Made by a program: the position numbers and the translations under genes | In this document: piece by piece, positions 36,201 through 50,389 of the stretch | Layout: every line of letters starts with the position of its first letter | Numbering within the stretch: the stretch's first letter is position 1 | Assembly: GCF_009914755.1 (NCBI RefSeq) | Contig: NC_060930.1 | Strand: one strand, 5' to 3' | Source of the DNA: the human T2T-CHM13v2.0 reference genome, Homo sapiens | DNA length: 64,000 nt | The notes under the pieces: generated by a model | Databases searched by the model: none | Told to the model about the DNA's origin: nothing | The model's input: only the letters and a program-made list of their open reading frames with translations

Positions 36201-36837
36201 AAGTGAATTTAAACACAAGATTAAAAGGAAGATTTGGAAATCCTTACAAAAAGCAGAAAAACTTGGCAAATACTATGCAAGTATCACCAAAGTGGAGTGC
36301 TAAGGCAAAGTAAATACATTCTTTGGGAGGTTGAACATTTATGAAATAGCAGTCACATCTCTTCTAATTACTTCTTCCATGTCTCACTGGTAAGACAAGT
36401 TAGGGTTTCTTACAAATGCCTCCTAACACAGAGGAGACAGTCATCACAGGCTGACTCTCCCAGGAAAGAATACATTCTAGCAAGATCCAGAGGCAGCCAC
36501 CAAATGAGAAGAGGCTGTAGTGGCAGCAGCAAAGGTGGAAGAAAGGCCCAGCTCTGGGCAATGTGGTTGAGCGAGGGCCTCTTCTCGTGGCTATATGAAC
36601 CCGAGGACTACAAAGCCTCCCATGAGTCTGTGCAAGTGAAGCTGCATGAGGCATGACACACAGTCATAAAAATGGGAAAGAACCCCTTTGGTGGGAAAAG
36701 AAGACTAAAATCTCATATAGTGGGTGTGCTTAATTTTACTTATGTTATTTCCTGTCATCATTATATATTTTAAATAATAACATTAGAATCTGACTTTTTA
36801 AAATGATAAATATTATAAAAGTGATTTTTAAGGCCTA

Positions 36838-37258
<421 letters not shown>

Positions 37259-39661
37259 TTATGATGACATTATCTTAGTTTTACTTTTTTTCCCCCAAGA
37301 AATCATGGAGTTCATATCAGTGATTCTCAGGAGGGGAGTGCATATTTCACAGGATATAAGAAAGTGTAAGAAGTAAGCATCTGCAATTTAAAAATAACTC
37401 CAGGTGATTTTGACATACCTGTACCCCCGTAGAGGACCTGTCAAGGACCAGTAGGGTGACTGGCCAAGGCCTGTGTGCTGCTAAAATGCACCTGAGATTA
37501 TCAACATGGAAAGCTGGAGATTACTGTTTTAAACACCTCTGTAAGGTAAGCAGAGCTGCAACGTCAGACAGAGGATAACGAAATCCCCCTGAACTTCCTC
37601 ACCACCCACACCACTGCCGAGGATGAGCAGCTCTGAGCTGTGAGGATGGTCCAAGGAGGGTCAGAGGGGGTTCCACTGCAGGCAATCTTCTGGCAAGCGC
37701 ATGTACATATCTGCCTACCTGCACCACTGCTCCCACTTGGCTGAGGGACAATAAGAGGCAGATGATTACAGTGCTCTTTGCAGTCAAACTTGTGAGCACC
37801 ATGGAAGAGTGCTTGAAGAGTGTTTAACCAGACACCAAAAACACTTCTTGTTTCTCTGTAATTTTCTTTCATCACCAACATATCTGAGACTGTTACAGCT
37901 TCTGATGATGCTGACTAGTTCAATTTGGACAAAACATGCATGCCAACAACAGCACCCCTCATTACAACTAATCCTGAGTCTCATGCCAGATAGGCTTATT
38001 TCTTTCATAATTACAGTGTCCACAAACCTGTTCTTCCTAAGAGGGGGCTGACTGATGTAGATGGTACCTTCCATGCAGCATGTTCAAAATGCAGTGCTCT
38101 GAGCTGAAATGAGTAGCCAAATGCTACACATCTTGTAAATAAGAAGGGTCTTGGTTTCTAAGATCCTTCTCACTGAGGGCTCTCCTAACTACACAGTCAG
38201 ATATACAGTGAGGCCTACAGTCTATGGAAGAGCCTGGACAACAGGTGAAAAAGAATGCCCTCCCCACAACCCTCCATCACCACAATTCTGTACAGCCTAT
38301 AGAATTAAAAAACAATATCAGGTAATGCTTCAAACTTGATAACTTTCAAATTACTTAAAAGTCACACAAATTATTAATATTTATATTTAATGTTAAAATT
38401 ATGTTCATAACAAAATTAAAACCAAGGCAGCTATTTCAGTTGAGCTCTAAACACTCTCTATATTGGAAAATTTTCCACTCCTGCTACTTTATTAATATTA
38501 TTCTCCCAAATCTCTATAAGTAAAGGATTAGGTTTTAGACACAGCAGGTGTTAGGAAAATTTAGGCTACGACCATTCAAAGAGTTAATAAACATTTGCAA
38601 GTTACACTCATCTTTCCCATTATAGTTATTCCCATGCTTTTAGGTCAGTATGGACATGTGTGCCAACATGAACAAAACTTGGGAAAGAGAGGAGACATGA
38701 GTCCCTTTGTAAAGGTACAGAATTCTGTTTTAGACCACAAGGCAGGGACATCTTATCCCCACACCGGAACATATGAAGTCCCTTCTCAAAGCAAACTGCA
38801 ATAAAGGGACAGAATCAAGGAGCTAATTGATCTAAGCATGATCTTTGCAGCAGGTGAGTGAAAACCTATGGGCATGGGGGAAAAAAAAGCAGAATAAACA
38901 GTCTGGATGGGCAAAGCCACTCATGGTATCTAGAATGTCAAGACCTGGGATGGACTGTGCACAACGCCCAGACTACCCATTACTGAAAATAAAAACAAAA
39001 CAAGACAGAAAACAACCAAGCAAACAATTACACTAAAATTTAAAATCCTCTTTCCAAATATCAGTCAGGCAGTATTTCCCACCAAATAACTTGACTTTTG
39101 CAATGACAATTCAAAAGTGACAATTCAGTCACTTTGGTCTTACTTAAATTATATGGAGGCACTTTTGTGAGTTGAACTTTCTTGAGGCTACTTCGGGCAA
39201 ACATGAATTCATATATCCATGAAAAGAAGATACCTCCACAGCTAAGCATACCACTCATATCCAATCAAAGGCCAAAATACCTGCACAGCCATGGAAAGTC
39301 TGAACATCCAATCAATATCATACAGACTTCTCTTCAAACTCGCCTATCATTAAATCCCTTGGTGTGAGGGGCTTCACCTGACTATCACAAACATTCCCTA
39401 CATAGCAAATCTGAATGAATTACTAAAATATTTTCAATTCTTTAGCACTAGTACAACATTTACATTCATTCTTTTAAGTTCATTGGAATTACTATATTGA
39501 ATACTTCTAAAAAATGTAAGCCATTCCCTATGTCACCTAGCAATAAGGCATTTAAATCAACCAGAGTCCTTAGAACTGATTAAGATAAGTTAAGAGAGTA
39601 ACAAAGTATTTGAAGATAAAATATCCAAATATACATACAAAAATCTAATGGTAATACTTAC

Positions 39662-39771
39662 CTATCAGCCCCTTCTCAAGAGTGAAGGTTTTGTTTGTAA
39701 ACATACATTCAAAAGCCACAATGTGAAAAATCTTGTTCACTGTGTTGTGAGTCCCAACAATTCGAATATAC
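39662..39771 (-). CDS. BTBD9: Internal coding exon of BTB domain containing 9 (110 nt, phase 2 to phase 1), encoding (R)YIRIVGTHNTVNKIFHIVAFECMFTNKTFTLEKGLI(V), end of the first discoidin/F5-8C-like domain
   Basis: Peptide recognised as BTBD9 inside ORF 39645..39854. The - strand acceptor is ttttcttttctttttaccgtcag|G and the donor is ATAG|gtaagt; 1+36x3+1=110 nt, stop-free. Confidence 0.95.
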
Positions 39772-42388
39772 CTGACGGTAAAAAGAAAAGAAAATGTGTT
39801 GAAAATGAGCTCCCACCACAACCAATCCAAGGATAACAGAGTAAGACACGTCACCTAAACATAGAGTGCACCAGGATATAGACCAAAGGAGACTCTGAGC
39901 TTGACTTCAGACTCTATATCTGCTCCTTATGGGTAGCTCCAATTGAACCTAGAAGAATTATAGCAAAATAAGGGACATGTCATTTTGCAGGGAATTAAGT
40001 AGAACTTAGATTTGATTTACCCAGAAAACCAAACCAGGTACTGTTCAGTTCAACCCTTGAATGTCAGTCAGGTACATGACCGTAAGACATTTATACCGGA
40101 GAATAACAAATAGCTTCTGCTCTTGCCTTGTGGTTAGGAATGTGCTGGAGCACATGTGCACAAGCAAATGCTTTCCAGCTCAATGGAAGATTTAATCCAC
40201 TGCAGATGAACACACGAAATCAATATTGCTTTCTTGTTTAAAAGAAAAAATCCAGAAACTACTGAAAACTACTCACAGTTTCTTTTATTTTACTACTGCT
40301 CCTAAATCTTTGTTAGGAAGTTAACCTTATATACTTACGCCAGCCCCCCACTTGACTGCTGGGAAGTCTCCTGACCACAGGAAGCGATCTGTAGAGATGG
40401 CCCAGCCTGCTCTGCAGCCTCCCTCCTGGCCACGTGAATCTGGCACCTGCACACAGTGCAGAGTTTCACTGGGCAGCCCTTGAGCATCTTGGCCTGTTCA
40501 TCCTCTTTAACTCCCTGGAGACTTCATCTCCGACAAACAAGCATTAACCTTGGAGTAACTTGCTCTCTTCACTCTCCAAAGGGACCTGACAGTTCACAGG
40601 TTAATGAACAAACTCATTCTTCTGAGTGTCACACAATTCCATGAGGGATGTGCCACACACCGTCTTACTGGAATTCAAAGTAAGAACCAGGAAAAATAAC
40701 TAGATTAACTGATAATGCCTCCCAGATTATGAACTATGCACTCTGAAGGATGGGGTATATTAAATGAACAGATTTCAATTAGGATATGACAGACTGGACA
40801 AGGTTTTAGTAATCTCCTCCCCTCTGCTGTGTAAAACAACCTTCAATTTAGACGATATAATTTTACTTCTGAGTTAATCGCTATTCACTAATTTGGTAAT
40901 TTCCTTACATTTCTCATCAGTCCAAGTTAACTGTATAATGTAAATGCTGATTTAGAAAATTCACATTAAGGAAACTATATTTGGGGTTTTTATATCATGG
41001 GCTATTTTCCCTCCTGATTCTTCAAGCTTGACTCTCACGGCATTCCCTGTGCACCTCATTTAGCCATCTGCTCCTTGACATAAGCTGATCACTCACCTTT
41101 ATAACCAATATTAATGCTATGTCCTGAACTGACTGTCCAGTGTGCTCACACCTACTGCAAGGAGACACCACTCTTCCCGTGTTGAGAATCAGGGCAACTG
41201 CTACATGTACCAGAGCCCACTGGTTAAGCAGGAATTTGGCCCTAATCTGTTCCTTCAAGCCCTCAAGGCAGACAGAAGGTATTGATTTTACTGGGTTTGG
41301 GTGGGTGGGTAGGTTCATTCAACATAAGTTCTTACCGGTCTGGGTAGTAAAGATTATATTGTCCTTCACTTTGGCAGTGACAATCTCCCTGGTGCTTTCT
41401 GGAAGGGAAGGGGTGTATTAATTCTGGCACCTTGGCCTGAATCTAATTTTGTCCATTTCCTTAAACCCACAGGAACTCAACCAGCATAGCATTTTTCAAC
41501 TACATATGGCTGTGTCAGCCTGAGTGCTGCTGTCTGCAACCTTGGAGGGAATAGAGGGAATGTGGTTTAGTGGAATTTGATCAGATCATTTCGCTATTCT
41601 CTAGCTCAAGTCTCTACCAAAGGAGAGACAGCTCTCCTACTGTGCACAGAAGAGCCAGGAAGTGACTAACAGGGCCTTTTCCCAATGGCGGTTCTTAAGG
41701 TTAATATATTCCAGGCTGACCTAAGGGATGCAATAACCTTCCTTCCCTCCTGTTCTTTCTTTTTAAAACACTATATGGAATCAGATTTTCCAAGTTTAGA
41801 TAACTAATTTCCCAAATTTTACCCAGTGCAAACATTAGGAATGCGAGAAAATGTGCAACCCTCCCCTCCTTTGCCCCGCAGTTATAAGCAACTGAGAATA
41901 AAAAGTTATACTGGAATACATTTTATACCCTTATGATAGTATTTGTGATCACAAACAAAATAATATATATGGTGGGAAAAGCATTGAGAGATGCCTCCAG
42001 ATAAAAAGTTCTGTGTAAATGAAGATAATGTTATCTCTGCTGCATAATCCTGAAGTCAAATTAGCAATTCACCATTATATCTCACACCTTTTGATCAGCC
42101 TGTTATATGTAATGCTCATAACAAGTTTAATTATTCTAGTTCTACAATGCTAAGTTTCTAGAAAAAAATTGTAGCATAATTTGCAAAAATGGCATAAAGT
42201 CCCTACTCAAATACACATTTTAAAAAATGTGACATCAAAAGAAAGAAGCCAAGCTCCTTTTTCTCAAGCAAAAAGTTATAAATATCCTGGACCTTCCCCA
42301 TATAAAGATCTAGCCTAGAAATGGCAAAAGGCTTCAATTAATGGCCCAACATCAATGACTGGTAGGAGCAGCCTGAAGCTCTACATTA

Positions 42389-42937
<549 letters not shown>

Positions 42938-43598
42938 TCATAACACCAAAACGGGAGAAGTAGGTATCACATTTTCTCTGTCACAAGAAATCCTGAATAT
43001 AGGTAAAGTTTAAGATTTATTTCTTTGCCTTTTCAGCACAAGTCAGACTCTGATTTAACCAGATAATAAGGGCAGTGGCAGCTAGTGACTTCATCAGTGT
43101 GTAGAGAGGAGAACTGCTGAAAAATAGAACAGATATCCTTTGTTCTTGCTGAGGTCCTCAACAGCAGCTCAGACAGTTGGAAGATAATTAAAACTTAAAC
43201 AGTGCAGAGAAAGGCAGATATGCAACAGATTGGCCATTTCTGATGAGGATGAACGCTGTCCACGTGAGCCATAGTGTAACAGTCTGTTTCCAATATTCCC
43301 CTCCCTTCCCTATGTTAGCTGTCTTCAAGTAGCTGACAAAGACTGGATACTGAACATAGTTCAGTACACAATGTTTCAATACAGAAATTTTCTAGGAGCT
43401 ATAAGATTACGGGTGAATGGGATTCTGTCTTCTTTAATAAAATAAAACTGAAACCCTCCAAGGACAGCACTCTAAAACTGAAAGGCACTACAGAGTTTTG
43501 ACACAATGTGGCTTTTAGCATCCAACAGAATCAGGTTTGTTGCCCAGCTCCATCAATTAAGTGTGTCACTTAAGGGAAAAAAATAAAATATGCATATA

Positions 43599-43865
43599 TT
43601 TTTTGAGACAGGGTCTCATTCTGTTGCCCAGACTGAAGTGCAGTGGCATGATCATGCCTCACTGCAGCCTCAACTTCTGGGCTTAAGTGATTCTCCCACC
43701 TCAGCCTCCCAAGTAGCTGGGACTACAGGCATGCACCACCATGCCTAGCAAATTTTTTTGTAGAGATGTTGCCCACATTGGTCTCAAACTTCTGGGCTGA
43801 AACGATTCACCTGCCTCAGCCTTCCAAAGTGCTGTGATTACAGGTGTGAGCCACCGCACCTGACC
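43599..43865 (-). mobile_element. AluJ inserted in a MIR (~43510-44000)
   Basis: J diagnostics; MIR core cttagtttcctcctctataaaatgagg resumes after the Alu. Confidence 0.85.
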
Positions 43866-44077
43866 CCCAAATTTTTTTTTAAAACTTAGTTTCCTCCTCT
43901 ATAAAATGAGGTCAATAACACGAACTTTACAGGGTACTTAAATGAGACAAGTATTGAAAATATCGAATGCAGTGCTTGGCAGAGTAGGATACCATTAAAC
44001 AGAAATTCAAAGAGTAGATTATAGGATGCAGAATTTCTTGGTTAGGACTTTGAGAATGCTGGTTGTCTTGGAGAGTA

Positions 44078-44398
44078 CAGTAGTTAGTCCCCCCTTATCT
44101 GTGGTTTTGCTTTCTATAGTTTCAGTTATCTGCAGTACAGTATAATATTTGGAGACAGTGAGAGGGAGAGAGACTGCATTCCCATAACTTTTCACAGTAT
44201 ATTGTTATAATTGTTCTATTTTATTATTAGTTATTGTTGTTAATCTCTCACTGTGCTTAATTTATAAATTAAACTTTACCATAGGTATGCATGCATAGGA
44301 AAACATACAGTATATATAAGGTTCAGTACCATGCATAGTTTCAGGCATCCACTGAAGGTCTTAAAATTTATCCCCTGAGGATAAGGAGGGGATTACTG
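44078..44398 (+). mobile_element. MER44-family Tigger MITE
   Basis: TIRs cagtag..tccccccttatctg / ggataaggaggggattactg, TA on both flanks. Confidence 0.88.
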
Positions 44399-46182
44399 TA
44401 TTACTGACTTTAGATGTTAAAATGGTGCATCTATGAGAGGCAGGCCAAGGAGAAGACTTCAGGAACACAGGGAGGGGCTTGTCCTTCCACTTAGGACACC
44501 ACAGTATGGGGTCTATGGGCCATAGAAAGCAAGCGACATTCAGAATGTAGATTTCCTAGCTCTGTGGCACTTCTCGCTTTAATCCTCAAGCCTTTAAAAA
44601 ATGTTCTTGACCTGTCTTAGCTAAGCATGAGGAAGCAAGGGAACAATCTTTTGCCCATATTTGGGTTTAAAGTTTAAAGTATCTTCTCCCTTCCTCCAAC
44701 CCAGGATCCCTTCTTGGCAGAGAATGTGAAATCCAGGGAGACTGCTCAGGGCCATGTGGTCCAGCTAACCATACCCAGTGACGTGGTTCTTTTTTTGTAA
44801 GCCCTGGAAGTTAGGAATTTGAATTTGTTAAGAAAAATGAATTTCTTTACAGAGAGACAGCATAGTACTATGACCTAAAGAAATTTTGCTTTGGAGATTT
44901 CACAGCATTCTCTGCCTGTTCTGGGAAGGTACGAGTTCCTTTTCTTAATCTAGCTTTCCGTCATTGCTTATGAGGATGCTACTAGATTTAATTTCTAAGG
45001 CACATACAGTACACCTTTAACATACTAAAGACAATATAGAAAAACAGCAACTTCTGCATTCCAACTTTAAACCCGTGGTATTCCGCAGTCTTCAGTTCTA
45101 GTGGAGCACAAGCCTACCTGTGGTTACAGTTAATCCTTAACCTTTGCCTTAGTTATGTGATCACCTAACTTCTGTACTGAGCACATTTTATTACAACATA
45201 AAATTGAATTTGGTAAGAAATATTTAAATGAGCTCTCAAGGGATTAACTAAAGCTAAAATCCATCTGAATTCCACTCTTTGGTAAACAAATATTTATTCT
45301 CAAATTGAACTTTATATTCTTAGGTTAAACAAAGAATCTTGAAAACTAGAGTTAGCCTGAGATTGGTACAAAAGAAGGGAACCTTAACATTTTGGCTCTT
45401 CCTTCAGTAACCATAGAGGACTCTGCGGAGAACATTGTTGTTTGTTGTGGCCAGAGGCAGGCACCTAACAAGAACTTAAGCTACAGCATTCACTAGAGAT
45501 TTGAGATCACCCAAGGTTTAGATGCACCATTTCCAAGATTCCTATTTGACCTTTTCCTTTAAGGAGATACTAAGATTATACACAAATAATTCTCTAACCC
45601 AAGAAGCACGTAATGCCTGTGGTTTTCCCCAGTGTAAAATTTTCTTCTAGTTCTGTGTATAATGTTAGTGCTCTTATAATCAAGCCACTGACTGGAGGGG
45701 GTGTGACTTCAGGTCTTGTTGCTAAGGCAGCAAGTGGAAAACAAGTTTACTGCCAGAATGACAAAAAGCTTCTAGAAAAGCATGTTGCAAAGAAAGATTT
45801 GTTACTCTTAGAAAACCTTCCCTCTGGCTGGTCTGTGGAGCTATAGATTCTCTTGTACTGACTTCAGCAAAGGGGCCAAGCAGCATTTGCTTGTTTGGGA
45901 GAGGAAGGATTATTGAAAGGTTAAACACTACACACAGGGCTAAGCAGAGGCTACTGTCTCAGAGAGCAGCCTGATGCTATCTGACCATTTGCCCTGCAAA
46001 GGGAGCTATCATGTCCTGGCACCTCCACTATTCAACCTGAAGAGCAAACAAAACAGAAAGTCTTGTTTTTGAGAGAAAACTCATACTATATAGAATCAAT
46101 TATATGGAAGGGATGAGATAGGTAGAAATAATTACTAATACACAAAGCCATTCCAATACTAAAGACAAATATTTAATTGTTG

Positions 46183-46475
<293 letters not shown>

Positions 46476-46772
46476 GTAATTGTTTTTTATTTGGGGGAAA
46501 AGTGAATTTTGAACAGTAGGCTTTTGCTGTTCACCAAATATGCACAATCTAAAACCTGCCATGATGTGCCTGATGTGCCTTCAGTGTATGAAATTATATT
46601 TTGAATTAATATCACAAAAATTATAATATTTACATAAATCATATAAAAATGACATAAGATCTAAAATGTATTTAATTCATGTACTTTTTTGCCTGCAAAT
46701 ATACCATACGATAGCCTTTAAGGTATACTGGGTAAATCTGCTAGTATCAAGATTTAATAAAAATCTACTAGG

Positions 46773-47073
46773 GGTCAGGCACTGTAGCTCATGTCTGTCA
46801 TCCTAGCACTTCAGGAGGCCAAGGTGGGAGGATCACTTGAGCCTAGGAGTTCGAGACCAGCCTGGGCAACAGAGGGGAACCCTGTTTCTACTAAAAATTT
46901 AGAAACTAGCCAGGCATGGTGGTGCACGCCTGTAGTTCCAGCTACTTGGGAGACTGAGGTGGGAGGATCAATTAAGCCCAGGAAGTTGAGGCTGTAGTGA
47001 GCCATGATCATACTACTGCACTCCAGCCTGGGTGACAAAGTGAAACTCTGTCTGAAAAAAAAAAAAGAAAAAA
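46773..47073 (+). mobile_element. AluJ
   Basis: TSD aaaa(a/g)tctacta. Confidence 0.9.
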
Positions 47074-50000
47074 GTCTACTAAATAATGCTAAGCCCCATG
47101 AGGAATCGGCCAGAAGCCTTGATCAGACATAAGCCTTGATCTGGACAAGTTTATAATACAGTTTGGAAAGCAAGATGAAAACATATCAAACTATATGAAT
47201 TGACAGAACTGAATCAAAAGAAAGGCCTAGGTTCTAGTCAGAGCTTCATAATGCATTAGATAATACAAATGGGGTAAGCTCCTTAATTTTTCTCAATCCC
47301 AGGCTCCACATGTGTAGTAGTGGTAGAGAGAAGGCCATAAGAGCTTATTACCTATTCACATATGGTAGCTTAATCTTGAAACACTGAATTTAGCAACATG
47401 AATATTAAAAGTCCTCCCAGGAACTACTCTTGCTTCAAAGACCAAAATAAAACAAACATAGCTAAAGGAGAATTAATTCTCTTCCTACCCGCTCTTCCCA
47501 ACTCATGATCACTGATTCATCCAACAAATATTAACTGAGCACTTACTATGTGGTAGCTATTGCTACTGGGTGCTGGGATATGGGACTGAATAATACAGAT
47601 AAAATCCCTCCCTCACAGATTTTCTATTTAAAGTTGAAATAAACAACAAATTAAAAAATCAAATAATTATCCAATGATTGATAGGTGATCTATTTAGCAC
47701 TGAACTTTATAGACAAAGTTGCTAAATTAGAAGGATAAACAGACATAAAACTTCTACCTTCTGGAATAAAAGAAGAGTCAAACGGGAAAGTACAACTAGC
47801 TCTGTCTAAGAACACGGCTATAATGTAAATGAGTCTAAGGTGTAAACATAGTACACCTATTATAGCTATTTAGCAGGATACAGGCAAAAATCTAATTAAA
47901 TAGGCTTCTTAGCATCTGGAAAGAGGAACTGATTTGAATTTCAAGCAATGTCTTGCTTATTTCATGGTTTAGTTTTCTTTTTGTTCTTTCCATTTTTTTC
48001 AGATTGTAATTTTCAAGGGATTATAGAGAGAGAAAATGAGATGTGGAGTATATAAAATGAAAAATGAATAAGGGAGAGGGGAAGAAGAGAGACGGGGGAG
48101 AAAAAAGGGAGGGGGATAGAGAAAGAGAGGAGCAAGGGAGAAAGAGAAAAACGAATATGAACAAACCAACCCCTTCTCCGTCTCTGTTATGTGCTAATGT
48201 GAACAAATTCCCATATGGGAATAATTTTAACCAATGTCATTACTCAATAAAACATCTGAAACCAAGAAGTATACTTTAAGAAATAGAACTAATTTACCAA
48301 AAGTTCAACATTTGCATTTTTTCACTACTTTTCCCCTAGCCCAAGATGCTGGGGGTGGGGAAGAGAATTTCACTAGTTTTATCTTCAAAATGTCTGCATT
48401 ATCTTTTCCAGTTTATCCAATAAGCTATGCGTTTCCACGAATGTAGACAAATGAGTCTAATGGAATTGTGAACTAGAGAAAAAGCAGAACAAATTTAAAT
48501 TTGTTAGTTTCCCTATGAATCTATAAGAACTCATTTGGCGACTATGACCTGTAACATGCCTGCTACTTAGTGTCAGGGCAAGGGAAGTTTCTCCTCTTTT
48601 TAACCTAAGACTAGGGTGGGCATATGCCGTTAATTGTAACTTAAAAGTTTAAGGTTTGGAAGAATCTGTTTTTCTCCTTTTTTTTTCTTTTAGAGTAGAG
48701 AGTTAAATAGAGGAGGAAGAGAGGCAAAAGAAGGAAAAAGAATTAGTCTCTCCCCAAAGAAAAATCTAAGAATACTTCTAAGAATGTAAACATTATATAC
48801 CCTGAGAAATCAGAACAGGAATTGCCCAAGATGGCTTAAAAAACAGAAGTGAAAACTAAGCATCAAAACCAAGAGAGTGATAAAGAGAGCACAGGGAGTG
48901 AGGAAATCACAAATCCTTACTCTAGACTCCTGAGAAACTAGCACTGGAATTAAAATAAAAGCTAATCACTTCTGCATATTGTACAAACAGCATCTGCAGG
49001 CATTATTTCTTTTCATGGAAAACCCATACTCCGTACACTCATACAACCAGTTGTGTTGTATGTTCATATATATAATATATCTAATGAATATATCTAATGT
49101 ATACAGTATTGTTATATATGATAATACTATAGGTTCAGCTTCAGGCTAGAGATTTCAAAGCTCGACAGAACATATGGTCCTTGAAGCCTCTGTATTCTCT
49201 ACAAGCTATGTAAAGAAACCTCTGTTCCAGGCAATTGCTTCTTAGAGAACTACTTGAAATGTATTGATAGAAAACAAGCCCAATGCATTGAAGTCCCACC
49301 TATGCCACATACTATCCCTAGACTGCTTCAATTTTCACAGAAAATTTCAAGGACCCTCCTTTTCCCCTTGTGAAATTCTGAACCTCTACTTAGTGAAAGG
49401 ATCGTTAAAGAAAAAAAATCCAAAGATTTACTTAGCATGCAATTTGAGCATCAATAAACTTATGCATAAAGCTACCAAAAAGAATCAGAATAGTCAAAGT
49501 AAATAAAAATAATACTGCAGAAAACTTGAGGAAAATGCTCACCACAGCACAGAAATGCAAACAATAACAGGAGAGAAAGAGAGAGACAGAGAGAAAGAGA
49601 GAGAGAGAGAGAGAGGAGACACACACAAGTATTTTTGTGTTAAGTGCCAAAACTAGTATAGATATGTATAATACACTATCCCAGGGACTGTCAAAGCTGG
49701 AAGTGCATGACCAATTTCACTGTGGAAGCCTATACTCCAGTTTCCAAATAGCATGAAGGATTACTAATTTCAGCACTACTGGTATAAGAGATTTTGCTGC
49801 TGAAATCTGTCAATGTGTTAGAACTTTAATGCAAGCAAAACAGAAACCAAAATAGCAAGACGCTCCAAGTGGCACTATTTGGTGGTCTACAGAGACTGCT
49901 TATAGTAGGGGCTGAGCAGACATGGGATTCAAACCTAACAGTCTACCCAATCATTTAAAAAGACATTTCCCCAGATGTACACTTTATGTGTTAGGAGTCC

Positions 50001-50389
50001 TATGCACTGTTGAAGTTCAATTTTGAAGCCTGTCTCCAATCCATATTTCTGGTGGATTAGCAAGCAGGTTGGGAGGGGGAGTAGTTTGGCAAGGCTGTTT
50101 TTTTCCCCTCCCCAAAGCTTCTTGAGAGTTTTACCATTCATGACCTAGACTCTGCTGGTACAGCATTAGTGCTAAGCCAGTGATCAGAAAGAAAATGTCA
50201 GTCCTCACACTTGTTTCAGAAATTCAGAAAAAGAAAAACTTAACGAGTGGAATGAACAGAAAGTAAACTGTGTACTTTGTAAGAAAGGACGTTTTTTAAT
50301 ATGCAAGAAGATTCTATCATATTACTAATAGTCGTTGCTACTGCTGTGCTGCTTGGCCTCTTCATTAAAACAAAACAAAGCTGGTTTCA

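Noticed and set aside
39645-39854. The 69-aa ORF as a standalone gene
   Set aside because: Only 39662-39771 is exonic; the rest is intron read-through beyond the splice sites.
41336-41540. Possible 205-nt poison exon on - (ccctccaag|G ... CCG|gtaaga)
   Set aside because: AAG acceptor and no other support; such pseudo-exons are common in long introns.
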